From: Octopus vulgaris
Lineage: Eukaryota
Direction: 5' to 3'
DNA: 64,000 nucleotides
Assembly: GCA_951406725.2 (NCBI GenBank)
Contig: OX597829.1
Location: 42,036,001 to 42,100,000, forward strand
Position 1 is the stretch's first letter. Each line of letters begins with the position of its first letter. Positions 13,232 to 28,594 of this stretch are shown piece by piece. Below the pieces are notes generated by a model that did not search any database, had not been told where the DNA came from, and worked only from the letters and a program-made list of their open reading frames with translations. The position numbers were made by a program, and so were the translations under genes.

Positions 13232-13464
13232 TGAAGAGAGTAACCAATGCAACACGGAGTGTTTGGTATCTATTTCCACTGGGTTTCTTTGTCTCACGAC
13301 TGTTACGCAGCTGTAATCTTCAAGCGAAAAATTGGAAAAAGACAGCGGCTTGAAACTCGAATCACAAGAGACAAAAAAAAATATTATCGTGGATATGTTG
13401 GATATATGTGTGCATTAATGCAGATATGTGTGTGAATATGTATGAATTTAGTTATGCGCATTTG

Positions 13465-13552
<88 letters not shown>

Positions 13553-13885
13553 CAATATGTCACAGAAGTATGTACACCCCTAAAAAAATTCAGTAAAATT
13601 GCCTTTACTCTGATAATATCGAAAGAAATGAACCGAAATTTATACAGAATAAAATATATCATACATGCAAGCATTATACTAATTTTGTACAGAAAACAAT
13701 AAATATTTTCAAAGATATGAACGAAATATTAAATTTCAAATGTTACAAAAATATGTACACCCTAAAGGAAACTTGTTATATTCAATATTTTATCCACGTT
13801 CTTTTTAAAATTAAATTCAGATATTTTTCTTTTGGGTACTATTTTAATATATCAAGCAGTTCTATCTATTTCATAAAAAAAGAAT

Positions 13886-13933
<48 letters not shown>

Positions 13934-15645
13934 AAATTCAGAAATTATTAGAATTTCAATTCCAATAAATTATTTCTCCTGGAAGTTTTGCACCGGTCAT
14001 TGTTATTGCAGGAATTCTGATTTGTGTACCGTGGTGAAAATCTTCATGTTGATTAAAATGATACCAAAAGGAAAATAATTATCTAAAGACTTGAAGAAAA
14101 TTATTTTTAATTTGCACAAGGATGCAAATTAAGGCGCAGGAGTGGCTGTGTGGTAAGTAGCTTGCTAACCAACCACATGGTTCCGGGTTCAGTCCCACTG
14201 CGTGGCACCTTGGGCAAGTGTCTTCTGCTATAGCCCCGGGCCGACCAATGCCTTGTGAGTGGATTTGGTAGACGGAAACTGAAAGAAGCCTGTCGTATAT
14301 ATGTATATATATATGTATGTGTGTGTATGTGCTTGTGTGTCTGTGTTTGTCTCCCTAGCATTGCTTGACAACCGATGCTGGTGTGTTTACGTCCCCGTCA
14401 CTTAGCGGTTCGGCAAAACAGACCGATAGAATAAGTCCTGGGCTTACAAAGAATAAGTCCCAGGGTCGATTTGCTCGACTAAAGGCGGTGCTCCAGCATG
14501 GCCGCAGTCAAATGACTGAAACAAGTAAAAGACAGTAAAGAGTAAGGATGGTTTAGGATACAAGTTAATTAGCAAACGAATACATATTAGCATAAACACA
14601 GTTGCCAAAGCAATTCGGAAGTACAAAGCTACTGGACAGTTAAGCAATAAATGCCGTCCAGGTCGTACTTCTATTTTAACTTTACGTGTCATATTTGCCA
14701 CATCTAACGTTGTATGGAAAGAGTGTATTCGCCTAAACATTTCGTCGAAGTTTAAACCAGTGTGGTCCTCGTGGGTGCATTTCTCGTTGGAAGCCCACCT
14801 CACTACCAGGCATAAATGAAGTCGGCATTCTTTTGCCGAAACCTATGTCAGCAAGAGGAAGGAGATTTTGGAAGAAAATTTTATTTTCTGACAAGACTAA
14901 AATCGATTTGTTCGAGTCAGTTGGTATTTAAAAAGTATGGCGACGACCAGGTGAAGATAATAGCAACAAATGCACCGTACCTACCGTGAAACACGGCGGG
15001 GGTGGGGAAGAGGTTATGCTTTGGGGATGCATGAATGTAGCTGGTGTGAGAGGACTCACATTTATTGAGAAAACAATGGATTCAAGGCTTTATTGTGACA
15101 AATAGCAGAAGACAATGTTGAAAAGCATCAAGGAACTAGGAAGACATTCCAAGTTCCAACATGATAATGATCCTAAACACTTCAAAGATGACGACTAAGT
15201 TTTTATCAGATAAAAAGGTAAAAATATTGCCTTGGCCTACCATGTCACCTGATTCAAACCCAATAAAACATCTATGGAGTATTTTGAAAAGAAACGTTGA
15301 GGAGAAAAAGCTCCGCAATGTAATACGGTTGAAAAAGAATCATTCCCCGTAAATAGAGGTCGATTTCATCGGTTATATGCGGAAATTTAGTCGACTCTAT
15401 GCCCAGTCATTGAAAAACAAGGGCGGTCACACCAAATATTGAACATAGCAAATAATTATTAAGGCTGTACATATTCATCTATCGTTAAAAAAATGTTTAT
15501 TGTTTTGTGTTTCAAATTTGTATAATGTTTGGATTTATAATATATTTTATTCATCATAAATTACGTTTCTTTTCTTCAATATTATCAGCGTAAAGGCAAT
15601 TTTACTGAAAATTTTTAAGGGTATACATGCTTCTGTGAGATACTA
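13553..15645 (+). mobile_element. Full-length but decayed Tc1-family DNA transposon with long IR/DR-type TIRs
   Basis: TA-flanked inverted ends CAATATGTCACAGAAGTATGTACACCC / GGGTATACATGCTTCTGTGAGATACTA; inner direct repeat near 13743. Transposase remnants MIPKGK*LSKDLK..GLGYKLIS..RPGR, ILFSDKTK, TVKHGGG..MLWGCM, FQHDNDPKH, WPTMSPDSNPIKHLW. Confidence 0.93.
14125..14543 (+). mobile_element. SINE family A inserted in the Tc1 transposase, TSD AAGGATG
   Basis: AAGGATG at 14118-14124 and 14544-14550; removal restores ...LHKDGLGYK. Confidence 0.93.
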
Positions 15646-15674
15646 TATATACATATATATACATACATACATAC

Positions 15675-15836
<162 letters not shown>

Positions 15837-16004
15837 TGTATGCACACACACACACACATATTTTTGTTATTTTTCATTTGTCCTGCACGCTTACGTTCAT
15901 GGTGTGCTAAATTTTTTCTTGAGAACAACTTTTAGTGGCTAGCGTAAGGGAGTTCACTTTTAGCGGATTCTCTCTCATATATGTATAGTAATATATATGT
16001 GTGT

Positions 16005-16296
16005 AATGGACTGTCGCATCGAAGACGACGTATGAGTGTTCGGCTTTTGCCGATCGATCTGCACAAATAATTTGTTTATAGTGATGAAATGTTTGTGCTG
16101 AACATTAGGTCACTCTCGGCATCAAATCGATGTTACCTGAACAGGTACATGGTGCACCACGCCTCAGGCGTTAAAGTAATCACAGAACAATGTGAGATGA
16201 AGTGTTTTGCTCAAAAACACAACACTCTACCCAGTCTAGGAATTGAATCCACGAACTCGCGCATGTCTCCCGTAACCACTAAGCCTTGCGCCCTCA
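16005..16296 (-). mobile_element. Diverged tRNA-derived SINE (V-SINE-like body)
   Basis: Minus strand GGGCGCAAGGCTTAGTGGTTA head and GTGTTGTGTTTTTGAGCAAAACACTTCATCTCAC body, related to the 18644 copy. Confidence 0.6.
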
Positions 16297-16316
16297 CACA
16301 CACACACGTATGGAAT

Positions 16317-16349
<33 letters not shown>

Positions 16350-16477
16350 CATATTTATATATGCATATATGTATATATACATATATGTACATATATATAC
16401 GTATATATATATGTGTATATATATATGTGTATAAATATATATATATATGTACATATATATACGTATATATATATCTA

Positions 16478-16599
<122 letters not shown>

Positions 16600-16778
16600 G
16601 TAAATATATGGCACAACGAAGTACCGATATTTACTGGAAAGCAATACTCTCGTATTGCATTACTATTTATATATACATACACAGTTCTATATATTTCGTA
16701 AGAAAGAATTATATCTATTTGTCTGTCTGTCTGTATGTCTCTCTCTCTCTCTATCTATCTACGCACACACACACACAC

Positions 16779-16809
<31 letters not shown>

Positions 16810-16857
16810 AACAAACGAATGAAAGGGCACTCGATACATTTTTGGGGGTTACATGTA

Positions 16858-17001
16858 TTGTTCAAAACAGTTTGATTTGGATTCCCCTAGCGTAGCCTCT
16901 CCTCAGGCCAGTGGAAGCCCGGATTTCCACTGGCCTGAGGAGAGGCTACGCTAGGGGCTTCGAAAAGTAGCACGGAATCTGAATCAAACTGCTTTGAACA
17001 A
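16858..17001. repeat. Fold-back repeat with 33-bp perfect inner arms (16884-16916 / 16925-16957) containing a degenerate hammerhead
   Basis: Inner hairpin plus outer inverted flanks; CUGAGGA-GAGGC...GCUUC-GAAA-AGUA on the + strand. Confidence 0.85.
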
Positions 17002-17155
17002 TATATGTACACACACACACACACACACACTCATGTATACATACACACATACATACATACAAACACACACACACACATATATATACATATGTATATATAC
17101 ATACACACGCAAATACATATATATAAATATGTAGGTATGTATGAATGTATGCATA

Positions 17156-17189
<34 letters not shown>

Positions 17190-17253
17190 CCTATCTATCT
17201 ATCTATCTATCTATCAGTATATCTATCTATCTATCTATCTGTCTATCTATCTG

Positions 17254-17320
<67 letters not shown>

Positions 17321-17544
17321 ATACATACATACATACATACATATATATATTTAAGTATATAATTATAAATATATAAGTATAATTAAGGGCGATGGAGGGA
17401 CAGCGCCAAAACGCTAGAAGTAGATGTCAATTATCTACAAGCTACTCTAAGTTTGCTCTCCTTTTTGCACAAGCCTTGTTATATAATAATTATATATTTT
17501 TAATTATATACTTAAATATTAATTTATACGGATTTATATATATA

Positions 17545-17715
17545 TATTGATGGATCGTTAGCCCCTACACGCAATTTTTTTCTCTCCTTGTTTCTCTCCT
17601 TGTTTCTTTTCTGTGTATTTTTCTGTTGAAGAGCGTAGGCTCGAAACGTAAAAGACTTGTTTTATTTATATTCCTGAGCGCCATCATCTTTTGTTTATTT
17701 TCATAAAGCTTCCCG

Positions 17716-17718
<3 letters not shown>
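17545..17718 (+). mobile_element. Solo PLE pseudo-LTR (same family as 51375-51560) with CUGUUGA hammerhead variant
   Basis: GATCGTTAGCC...CTGTTGAAGAGCGTAGGCTCGAAACGTAAAAGAC...CCTGAGCG; homologous to the 37850, 45850 and 51375 copies. Confidence 0.75.
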
Positions 17719-17753
<35 letters not shown>

Positions 17754-17874
17754 ATATGTAGATTTTGCAATATAGTTTCAGCGGGAAGGTGGGTGGATGT
17801 ATACCTTACGATTCCCTGATTCCAATTTGACTTAAAAAGCATAACCGTTTCAAAGGAACCTTAAGTATCGCACA

Positions 17875-17919
<45 letters not shown>

Positions 17920-17950
17920 CGTGTGTAGGTGTGTGGTGCGCATAGTTATG

Positions 17951-18197
17951 TACTAGGGTAGGCTGAAAAGTTCATAGGATGACTATAAAGTAGCAATGCT
18001 AGAGCTGTGAAATTCAGCATGCATTAATTTCAAACTTTCTTCTTAATAACCTCATTATTTAATTCCAGGTACGCTGACATTTAACTGTTCAAAGAAGACT
18101 TACTTTAGAAGTGGCTAGTAACGGCTCTTCTTGAAAATGGACAAAATTTTGTCATCGTGATGTTATCAATTACCAGTAAAGAAACGGTTTAGCCCCT
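17951..18197 (+). mobile_element. mariner-like transposon 5' fragment
   Basis: TIR-like TACTAGGGTAGGCTGAAAAGTTC, then a frameshifted N-terminus MDKI..HRDVINYQ*..NGLAP. Confidence 0.6.
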
Positions 18198-18643
18198 CCC
18201 CCCCCCCACCAACACACAAACCTCTTCGTCGAGAATGGTCTCACCACGAAGAAACTAGCTGACAATTTTCAATTCATGTTCCACGGATTTCGTCTGGAGA
18301 GAGAGAGAGAGAGACCTTTTATCCGTAACAGAATTGCTAATGAGAAGCATCCGAAACCAACATGAAAAGTGCTTTACAGCAGAAGCATAAGTAGATGTTA
18401 AAGGAGTTCCAAAAATGTTTATTCTCTCTAATTTCTGAATAGGTTGAATGTAATTCTTCAGTTAATATTCAGTTTGTTTACTTCTCTTGTTATGCTTCTT
18501 AATTCGCATTTTGCCAGTCGTAAGAACTAAAGTTATTATATTGGTGGTTCGAATTTGTACCCGAGTCCGGTATATCAAAGTAGCATAGAAACACTTCTGC
18601 AGTTAGTTTGATTCCAGGTATGTTATGTGAGTGTAGATGTGAA

Positions 18644-18957
18644 GGCGCATGGCTCAGTGGTTAGAGCGTCGAGCTTACGATCGTGAAGTTGTGAGCTCGA
18701 ATCTCGGGCCGGGTTGCGTGTTTTGTTCTTGAGCAAGACACTTTATTTCACGTTGCTCCAGTTAACTCAGCAGTAGAAATGAGTTGCGACGTCACGGGTG
18801 CCAAGCTGTATCGGCTGTTGCATTTCCCTTGGATAACACTGGTGGCGTGGAGAAGGGAGGCTGGTATGCATGGGCACAACCTTGCCCAGACTTGTGACTT
18901 GGAGGGTAACTTTCTAGGTGCAATCCCATGGTCAGTGTCGTGACCGAAGGGGGTCCC
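18644..18957 (+). mobile_element. tRNA-derived SINE family D (V-domain-like)
   Basis: A-box TGGCTCAGTGG, B-box-like AGCTCGAATCT, body CTTGAGCAAGACACTT...CTCCAGTTAACTCAGC. Confidence 0.8.
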
Positions 18958-20513
18958 GAACGTTATCTGAGGGTAGACACCAGTGGGCTGAGTTCAAAAG
19001 CTAAAAGACCATGAAGACACACGCTCATAAATTTGAATTTATTAATAAAGACATATGTTACTTAAATTTAAAGTCTGTACCTAGCTGAAGACCCGTTGGG
19101 CCAGAGCTTCTTCCGTTTCAGTTACATTTAATGACGGAGAGTAATACATTCCACTCCTGTACAGGACGCCAGCCCATCGCAGGGTTAACTTCCTACGTGT
19201 CAACGGTACTAATTTTCACCTATTGGAAATGAAGTAAAAGAAAGTGATATGAACTACTTTGTTTAAGGGAACAACAACACAACACCCAGTCCAAGAATAG
19301 AATACATGCCCTATGTTCTTGAGCCAAACTCCCAAAGATAGAGATTTGGAAAACGAGAGAGTAAGAGAGGGATGGAGGTAAAGGAAGGAATATGAAATGA
19401 GAAAGAGAACGGGAAAGGAGTTTGGAAGAGGGATAGAAACAGAGAGAGGGGAGCGAGAGGAGTGGAAAGAGAGGGTAGGGGAGAGAGGAGAGAGAGGCAT
19501 TTATGATTCTGAGTCAAAGAATGTTATGGTCGCTGTTAAGTGTTAGGTTTGCATTGATCTAAGCAGACCCGTTATTTTATTCTTGCTTTCGATAATCTGG
19601 ATCCCCAAATCCAAAATCATAGCGACAATTGCGATCGTCGATATTTATTTCAGTTCTGTACTTAATCTATCGATCATGACTGACGAACTACTAAGTTTTA
19701 GGTCACAAAATAGGATGCTACAAATACATGATTTTTCAGACATGGAAACAGACTGACAAACGCATGCATATACGCAAACATTGTGCTATGCGAGTGTGTG
19801 TGTGAGAGAGACAGAGAAGGAGAGAAAGTGTGTGTGTGTGTGTGTGTGTGTATGTTTATGTGTGTATACATGTGTGTGCATGCTTGGGTTCCTGAACCAT
19901 AAAGAGACACAGTTAACGTAATGTCCCGTGTTCTTCGATCTACGAATTCTGCAATTCCCCATCATTCACTCTAATTGCGTAAGTAAGTAAGAAATAGATG
20001 AGAGCTGATCTAGGCTAAACAGGAATGTATTTTATCATAATTCTAGTGGATAAGGGCTAGCCTAAGCCAAGCAATACAAATACCGGATATTGTATACGAC
20101 AATATAAACTTGTCATATATGTTTGTAATATTCGATGTGACTAAGAGAACAACAACTAGATTACAATCGCTGAATGTAGCCATTTTGTTTTTTTACGTTA
20201 CTCCACTGATGTCGTTCATTAAAAAAAATAAAGAACGTCACACTGTCTGATTTATTTTCTCATTTCTTTTCTGATATTTATTTATTTATTTTTTTGCAAA
20301 AAATGTATGGCCCTTTAATTATGATTACTCTCAATAACAAAAATACTTATATGTATGATTAGTTTTGAAATGTGTCATCTGTTTTGATGTACACTGCTAT
20401 TGTTTTGTTCTTATATAACATGACACACAATCTGTCCCACGCAGCAAGATAACTATCAGGGAATATCACCGGATATATATAACACACATGAATATAGAGC
20501 AAGAACGAAATAT

Positions 20514-20611
<98 letters not shown>

Positions 20612-21130
20612 CTATATATATGTATATATATACATATATATATAAAAGAATATGGTTCGTGTTAAATAAACAATCTGTGTAAAAATGGATAAACAAATGT
20701 TTCAGTTTTGAACGATACAAATTCCAAGTTTTACTGGCGAAAAAAGAAGTAAAATAAATGAATAAAAGATTACACACATTTTAGAATTAAAATAAAAAAA
20801 AAATATCGGTTTACGTATGTGTAAACACTCTATTGAATTTCTTTGGTCGGACAGAAATAGATATATCCCAGTCTCTGTTCGTAGTATAGTATGATCAGGG
20901 GGAAAAAGAGAAAAAGAGAAAAAGAGATGAGAATAAATAGATTGACAGTTGAAAAAAAAAATGAACGGAAAATGCTTTCGTGTTTCTGAGAGAACAAGAG
21001 AGAAAGCGGGGATGAGGAGAGAGAGAGAGGAGGGAGGGAGGGAGGGAGATAGATGAGAGACATGGAGAAAGATAAGTAGAGAAAGGTAAATGAATAGTTA
21101 TAGTGATAGATAAATAGACAGATAGCTAGC

Positions 21131-21482
<352 letters not shown>

Positions 21483-21862
21483 AGAAGAATGCCAATAAAG
21501 AATACTGGTTTTCGAACTGTTGGAAGATAAACAAGAATAAAATTTTCGGCAAGATAAGATGGCCGAAGGGTCAGAGTGACAGATCCTCTTTGCAGAGAAC
21601 GAGAAAATGGACACCAGAACAAACCCCTTAATTGCATTCAAAATTCCAGCACCTCTCACAAAGTTTGTACAATGGCGTGTAATGAAATACAGCGCTATCC
21701 TGACCGAACTAGCACTGTTTCCGGAAGGATTACAGACGCCGATAGCTGTGAGGGAGTGCACGAAAGCATCTGCGCCTTTCCGAGTTGTTAAAGACCGTGG
21801 CCCGAGGCACTGTGACGTCACGCAGGTTTTTCGGCAGGACGAAACAAGGAAACATTACTGAC

Positions 21863-21863
<1 letters not shown>

Positions 21864-21919
<56 letters not shown>

Positions 21920-22132
21920 ATGTGCTTGTGTGTGTATGTGTGTGTTTGTGTATTTTTGTGTGTTTGTGTGTTTGTGTATTTTTGTGTGTGTGCTTGTGTA
22001 TTTTTGTGTGTGTGTGTGTTTGTGTGCTTGTATTTTTGTGCATGTGTGAATGTGTGTGTGTGTGTATTTGTGTGTGTGGTGTCTTGTAATTTTGAGTGTT
22101 TGTGCGTCTGCTTGTGTGCGTCTGTGTGAGTC

Positions 22133-22174
<42 letters not shown>

Positions 22175-23062
22175 TGTGTGTGTGTGTGTGCATATGTGTG
22201 TGTGTGTTTGTGCGTGTGTTTCTATGTGTTTGAGCATGTACGACTGACCGTCTGCATGTGTGCGGGTGAACGAGTCTATATATGTATGGTGTGTGTAAGT
22301 GCACATGTGTGCATATATGTCTACGTATGTAAGTTGGAGTGTGTATACAATGGTGTGCATTAGTGAATGTATGGTGTACACGTGAGAGTATCTGCGTGTA
22401 TATTACACGTGTATTACTGTGTGTATGTATGTGTTCGTGTATTACTGAATGCTTATTAGTGTGTGTATATATATATATATATAGATGTGTGTGTGTGTGT
22501 GTGTGTGTGTGCGTGCGTATGTGTGTGTGTGTGTGTGTGTGCGTGCGTATGTGTGTGTGTGTGTGTGTGTGTGTATTAATGTACATTTGTCTACAACGTC
22601 AAAATGACTGTGATTATTGGAGTAAGGGTATACATTGTTGTTTATATGTCTGTCTGTGCGTACGCGTGTATTACTATGTCAGTTCGTGTGTGCGTATGTC
22701 TGTGCTTGCGTGTGTGTGTGTGCGTGTGTGTGTTGCCTGTGTGTTTGCGTGAGCGTGAGCGTGCGCGCGCAGGTGTATAACAACGAGTGTGTACCTGTGT
22801 GTGCGTGCGTGCGTGCGTACGTGTGTGCGCATGTGTGTGCGTGTTCGGATATGTGTGTGTGCCTGCGTGTGTCTGTGGTGTGTGTGTGTGTATGTGTGTG
22901 TGTTGCCTGTGTGTTTGCGTGAGCGTGCGCGCGCAGGTGTATAACAACGTGTGTGTACCTGTGTGTGCGTGCGTAGGTACGTGTGTGCGCATGTGTGTGC
23001 GTGTTCGGATATGTGTGTGCGTGTTCGGATATGTGTGTGCCTGCGTGTGTCTGTGGTGTGTG

Positions 23063-23133
<71 letters not shown>

Positions 23134-23300
23134 GCGAGAGAGATAGCGAGATAGAGGGTGAGAAAAATAGAGAGATAGAGAAAGAGTTAGAGTTAGAGAG
23201 AGAGAGAGAACGAGGGAGAGAGAGCGAGTGAGAGAGAGAGATAGATAGATAGAGAGAGAAAGAGAGAGAGAAAGAGAGATAGATAGATAGAGAGAGAAAC
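21864..23300. repeat. (TG)n-rich block followed by (GA)n, including a ~170-bp tandem duplication (~22731-23060)
   Basis: GTTGCCTGTGTGTTTGCGTGAGCGTG...CAGGTGTATAACAACG...GTTCGGATATG occurs twice in tandem. Confidence 0.9.
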
Positions 23301-23531
23301 GATCGGATTATCTTTGAAGTTTGCCTCGTGTCACGGAGGAATATGCAATCCCTTACCCTGCAACATTTTTTGAAAAGATTTTCCCAGTTCAAACCCTGAG
23401 GACATCACTGATTAGAAAAGAATACGACACAATCTTCAACCTTTCTTCTTACCTTTCTCTATACTCCTCTTCCTCTTCCTCATTCACACACATATATATA
23501 CTCATATATACATACATACATACATACATAC

Positions 23532-23596
<65 letters not shown>

Positions 23597-23845
23597 GTAT
23601 AATACGTACGGACATATTTGTATACAAACATACGTATATGTACACATGTATAATACGTACGGACATATTTGTATACAAACATACGTATATGTATGTGTAT
23701 ATAAGTGTGTGTATGTATACATACTGTGCGTGCACGGGCGCACGAGCGTGTGTGTGTGTGTGTGTGTGTGTGTGCATCGTCTTTCCTCTTTCTTGTTTTA
23801 CTTTGCAGCCATACACCCTTGATACATCTGTCTGTCCATCTATCC

Positions 23846-23914
<69 letters not shown>

Positions 23915-23962
23915 CCTATCTATCCATCCACTTATCTAAGTATACATGCATATAGTGTGTGC

Positions 23963-24022
<60 letters not shown>

Positions 24023-24182
24023 GAATGCATATACGTACGTATGTATATATGTATGTATATATATATATATATATACATGTTTATATAAGTGTATTATATA
24101 TATTTATGTGCGTGTATGTATGAATGTTTGTATGTATGCAGGTAAGAATGTATATGCATGTATGTATATACGCATGTACGTG

Positions 24183-24227
<45 letters not shown>

Positions 24228-24791
24228 GTATAGATGTGTTATATATATACATATATATATATAAACTTATGCGCGTGCATGTATGTATGTATGTATGTAT
24301 GTATTTATGTAGTATGTATGCACCATTCCCAGCTCATTTTTTTTCACACACTGTTGACATTTCCTTTCCTCATGCATTTTTGGTGTTTCTTTCTGAATTT
24401 TTCTCTCTTCCTTCCTTTACGCTCTCTCTCCTTCTCACTCTTTCCTCCCTTCTCTTCATTGTCTTCCATTCTGTCTCTTCTACTTCCGCCATACCTGTCT
24501 TTTCTTTTCTGTTCTGTTTTTTTTTCTTCTTCCTCCCTTACAACTTCTTTTATCTTTTCGGTCTTCTCTATTTTTCACTCTCAATACACAGGGCGACACA
24601 TAGAAGCAACTTACACATAGAGAAGCGCCCCCCCACCTCCCGCAGAAACACGCACACACATACATATAGGCACACATGCACACACACACACGCGCGCAAA
24701 CATCTTCAATCGGCACTCTATATACCTGAGAGTCTCTGTGCAGCAAATGTGAGCATGTTTGCATATATATATGTATGTATTTGCCTATAGA

Positions 24792-24903
<112 letters not shown>

Positions 24904-24963
24904 TGTATATATGTAAATATATATATATGTATATATATATGTATGTATATATATATATGTATA

Positions 24964-25001
<38 letters not shown>

Positions 25002-25025
25002 TCTATCTATCTATCTATCTATCTA

Positions 25026-25086
<61 letters not shown>

Positions 25087-25285
25087 GTACGTATAAATGT
25101 ATATATATACATACATACAAATATATTTACAGTAAACAGACGTGTACACGAAGGTGCGCACTCTTACGTTCAGACATTCCTGCTCATTCCGTTTCCCATC
25201 ATTCGCCATTTTACTTTCTCTTTATATCTGCCTTGTGTGCATGTGTGTGTGTACGCTCTCGTGTGTGTCTGTCTCACTCTCTCTC

Positions 25286-25326
<41 letters not shown>

Positions 25327-25689
25327 AAACATACACACACACACACATATATATACATTCAAACATGCACATAAGTGCTCGTGTATATATGTAATTGCCT
25401 ATTTACGATTATTCGTATGTATGCATGCACATAAAATCTATGCAAATATGTACCTATATACATACCTATATACATACATGACTGTATATTTATGTTTGTC
25501 TATACATACACGCAAACACACACGCATACATTTATATATACACGCATTAATTACACGTATGAAGTTTGCATACATGCAAGTTTGCACACATGCGTAAACG
25601 CATATATGGATAAATGCGTACATACATTCATACTTTCATACATATGTACATACATTACATATGTACGTACGTACACATATGCATAGGAC

Positions 25690-26290
25690 ATACATACATA
25701 CATGCATACATACATGCAAACATACGTACGTACATATATGTGTAGGACATACATACATACATACATATATACATACATACATACATACGTACGTACATAC
25801 ATGCATACATACATACATACATACATACATGCATGCATACATACATACATACATGCATACATACATACATACATACATACATACATACATACATACGTAC
25901 GTACATACATACATACATACATGCATACATGCATACATACATACATGCATACATGCATACATACATACATACATACATGCATGCATACATACATGCATAC
26001 ATGCATACATAGATACACACATACATACATGCATACATACATACATACATACATGCATACATACATGCATGCATACATACATACATATATACATACATAC
26101 ATACATAAATATATACATACATACATGCATACATACATACATACATACATTTATTCATGCATGCATACATACATACATAAATACATACATACATACATAA
26201 ATACCTACATACCTACATACATACATACATACATACGCACATACATACATACCTACATACCTACATACATACATACATACGCACATACAT
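25690..26290. repeat. (CATA)n microsatellite
   Basis: Direct inspection. Confidence 0.97.
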
Positions 26291-27212
26291 AGTGTTTAAT
26301 GTGCGGCCATATAAACGTCGTACCAATTGTATGTAATGATCAGATCAGATATATTCAGATATATTCGTGTATGTGCGTATGTGTGTGTGTGTGTGTGGGC
26401 GCGCGTGTACGTTTACGTGCGTGAGTACGTACGGGTGGGGGGTGCGCGTGTATGTGCGTCTGCTGTATGTATGTTTGTGTGTGTGTTTGAGTGAGCGGAA
26501 TCCTCTTTGGTACTCCCGCCTCTTGCTCGAAGGCACAGGTCGATTTCTGTCGTTCTTGTTCATCCATTCATTCATTTATTTTATATTTTTACTTATCTAC
26601 CTATCCATTCATTTACTGAATACATTTTCTTCAGTAAATACTTCGAGTGTTTTATACCTATTCTTTTTTTTTTTTTTCATCGTCTTTGGTTATCATTTTC
26701 ATTTTATTTTATTTTATTTTATTTTATTTTATTTTATTTTATTTTATTTTATTTTATTTTATTTTTTAGTCTTTTATTTATTGATTTATTTATACATTTT
26801 CTTGTTGGTCTCCGTGATTTTTCTTCTTTCCTTTTCCACATACGTATTCTTCATGTGCGTGTTGGTGTTAAGGTGTGTGGCTCTATGTATATAAGTATGT
26901 GTGTATTGTATCATGTTATTTCCATGTTTGTATATATTTCTGCATTTGTTTATTTGTTTGTTCACGTGACATGTTAGTTGCTTGGTTGAATAGTTGTTCG
27001 GTTAATTGACTGGTCGAGTTTGGTTGGTCTGATTATTTGTAGTTTGTGCGGTTGTTAGGTAGAGTGTGTTTGATAGTCTAATTGGTTGGCTGTTGCCTAG
27101 TAGGCTGGTTGATTAGTTAGTAGTTGTTCGTTTGTTTGGCTGGTTGACTAGGTCAGTGCTCCGCAAATGTTTTTCACTTGCGGTACTCATATATATATAT
27201 ATATATATATAT

Positions 27213-27617
27213 ACTCTTTTACTCTTTTACTTGTTTCAGTCATTTGACTGCGGCCATGCTGGAGCACCGCCTTTTAGTCGAGCAAATCGATCCCGGGACT
27301 TATTCTTTTGTAAGCCCAGTACTTATTCTATCGGTCTCTTTTGCCGAACTGCTAAGTAACGGGGGACATAAACACACCAGCATCGGTTGTCAAGCAATGC
27401 TAGGGGGACAAACACAAACACATACACACACACACATATACATATACATATACATATATACGACAGGCTTCTTCCAGTTTCCGTCTACCAAATCCACTCA
27501 CAAGGCATTGGTCGGCCCAGGGCTATAGCAGAAGACACTTGCCCAAGATGCCACGCAGTGGAACTGAACCCGGAACCATGTGGTTGGTTAGCAAGCTACT
27601 TACCACACAGCCACTCA
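27213..27617 (-). mobile_element. SINE family A
   Basis: Reverse complement of the 8952 element. Confidence 0.92.
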
Positions 27618-27663
27618 TATATATATATACTTTTAAAATTCGGCGGCACACCGAACTACTAAA

Positions 27664-28480
27664 AGGCGGCGAGTTGGCAGAAACTTTAGCACGCCGAGCG
27701 AAATGCTTAGCGGAATTTCGTCTGTCTTGACGTTCTGAGTTCAAATTCCGCCGAGGTCAACTTTGCCTTTCATCATTTCGGTTGTCGATAAATTAAGTAC
27801 CAGTTGCGTACTGGTGTCGATCTAATTGACTGGCCCCCAGCCCCCAAACTTTTCGTGCCTTGTGCCTAGAGTAGAAAAGATTATGTTTAGTAAAGAAGGC
27901 GGCGAGCTGGCAGAATCGTTAGCACGTCGGACGAAATGCTTATCGGTATTTCGTCTGCCGTTACGTTCTGAGTTCAAATTCCGCCGAGGTCAACTTTGCC
28001 TTCCAACCTTTCGGGGTCGATTAAATTAAGTACCAGTTACGCACTGGGGTCGATGTAATCGACTTAATCCGTTTGTCTGTCCTTGTTTGTCATCTCTGTG
28101 TTTAGGCCCTTGTGGGTAGTAAAGAAATAGGTATTTCGTCTGTCTTTATGTTCTGAGTTCAAATTCTGCCGAGGTCAACTTTGCCTTCCAACCTTTCGGG
28201 GTCGATTAAATTAAGTACCAGTTACGCACTGGGGTCGATGTAATCGACTTAATCCGTTTGTCTGTCCTTGTTTGTCCTCTCTGTGTTTAGCCCCTTGTGG
28301 GTAGTAAAGAAATAGGTATTTCGTCTGTCTTTATGTTCTGAGTTCAAATTCCGCCGAGGTCAACTTTGCCTTCCAACCTTTCGGGATCGATAAATTAAGT
28401 GCCAGTTGCGTACAGGGGTTGATTTAGTCGACTGGCCCCATACCCCCAAAATTTCGTACCTTATGCCTAGAGCAGAAAAG
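27664..28480 (+). mobile_element. Cluster/tandem array of SINE family B (two headed copies + two head-less units)
   Basis: Units joined at AAAGAAATA|GGTATTTCGTCTG (~28130, ~28315). Confidence 0.92.
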
Positions 28481-28521
28481 AATATAACTAAAAGTATTGG
28501 GGGAAAAAAAATTATATTCAG

Positions 28522-28594
28522 GTTACACAGCGGCACATCTAGCGTCGTCTCGCAGCACACCAGTGTGCCGTGGCACACCAGTTGCAGAGCAGTG
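28522..28594. mobile_element. Probable hAT (Charlie-type) terminal remnant
   Basis: GCACACCAGTGTGCCGTGGCACACCAGTTGCAGAGCAGTG resembles subterminal GGCACAC repeats plus a decayed TIR. Confidence 0.45.

Noticed and set aside
18644-18720. tRNA-like sequences here and at ~37235-37306 and ~44185
   Set aside because: A/B boxes are present but acceptor stems do not close and the sequences continue into SINE bodies; these are SINE heads, not tRNA genes.
23586-23690. ~52-bp tandem duplication
   Set aside because: Ordinary slippage product within a TA/CA microsatellite region.
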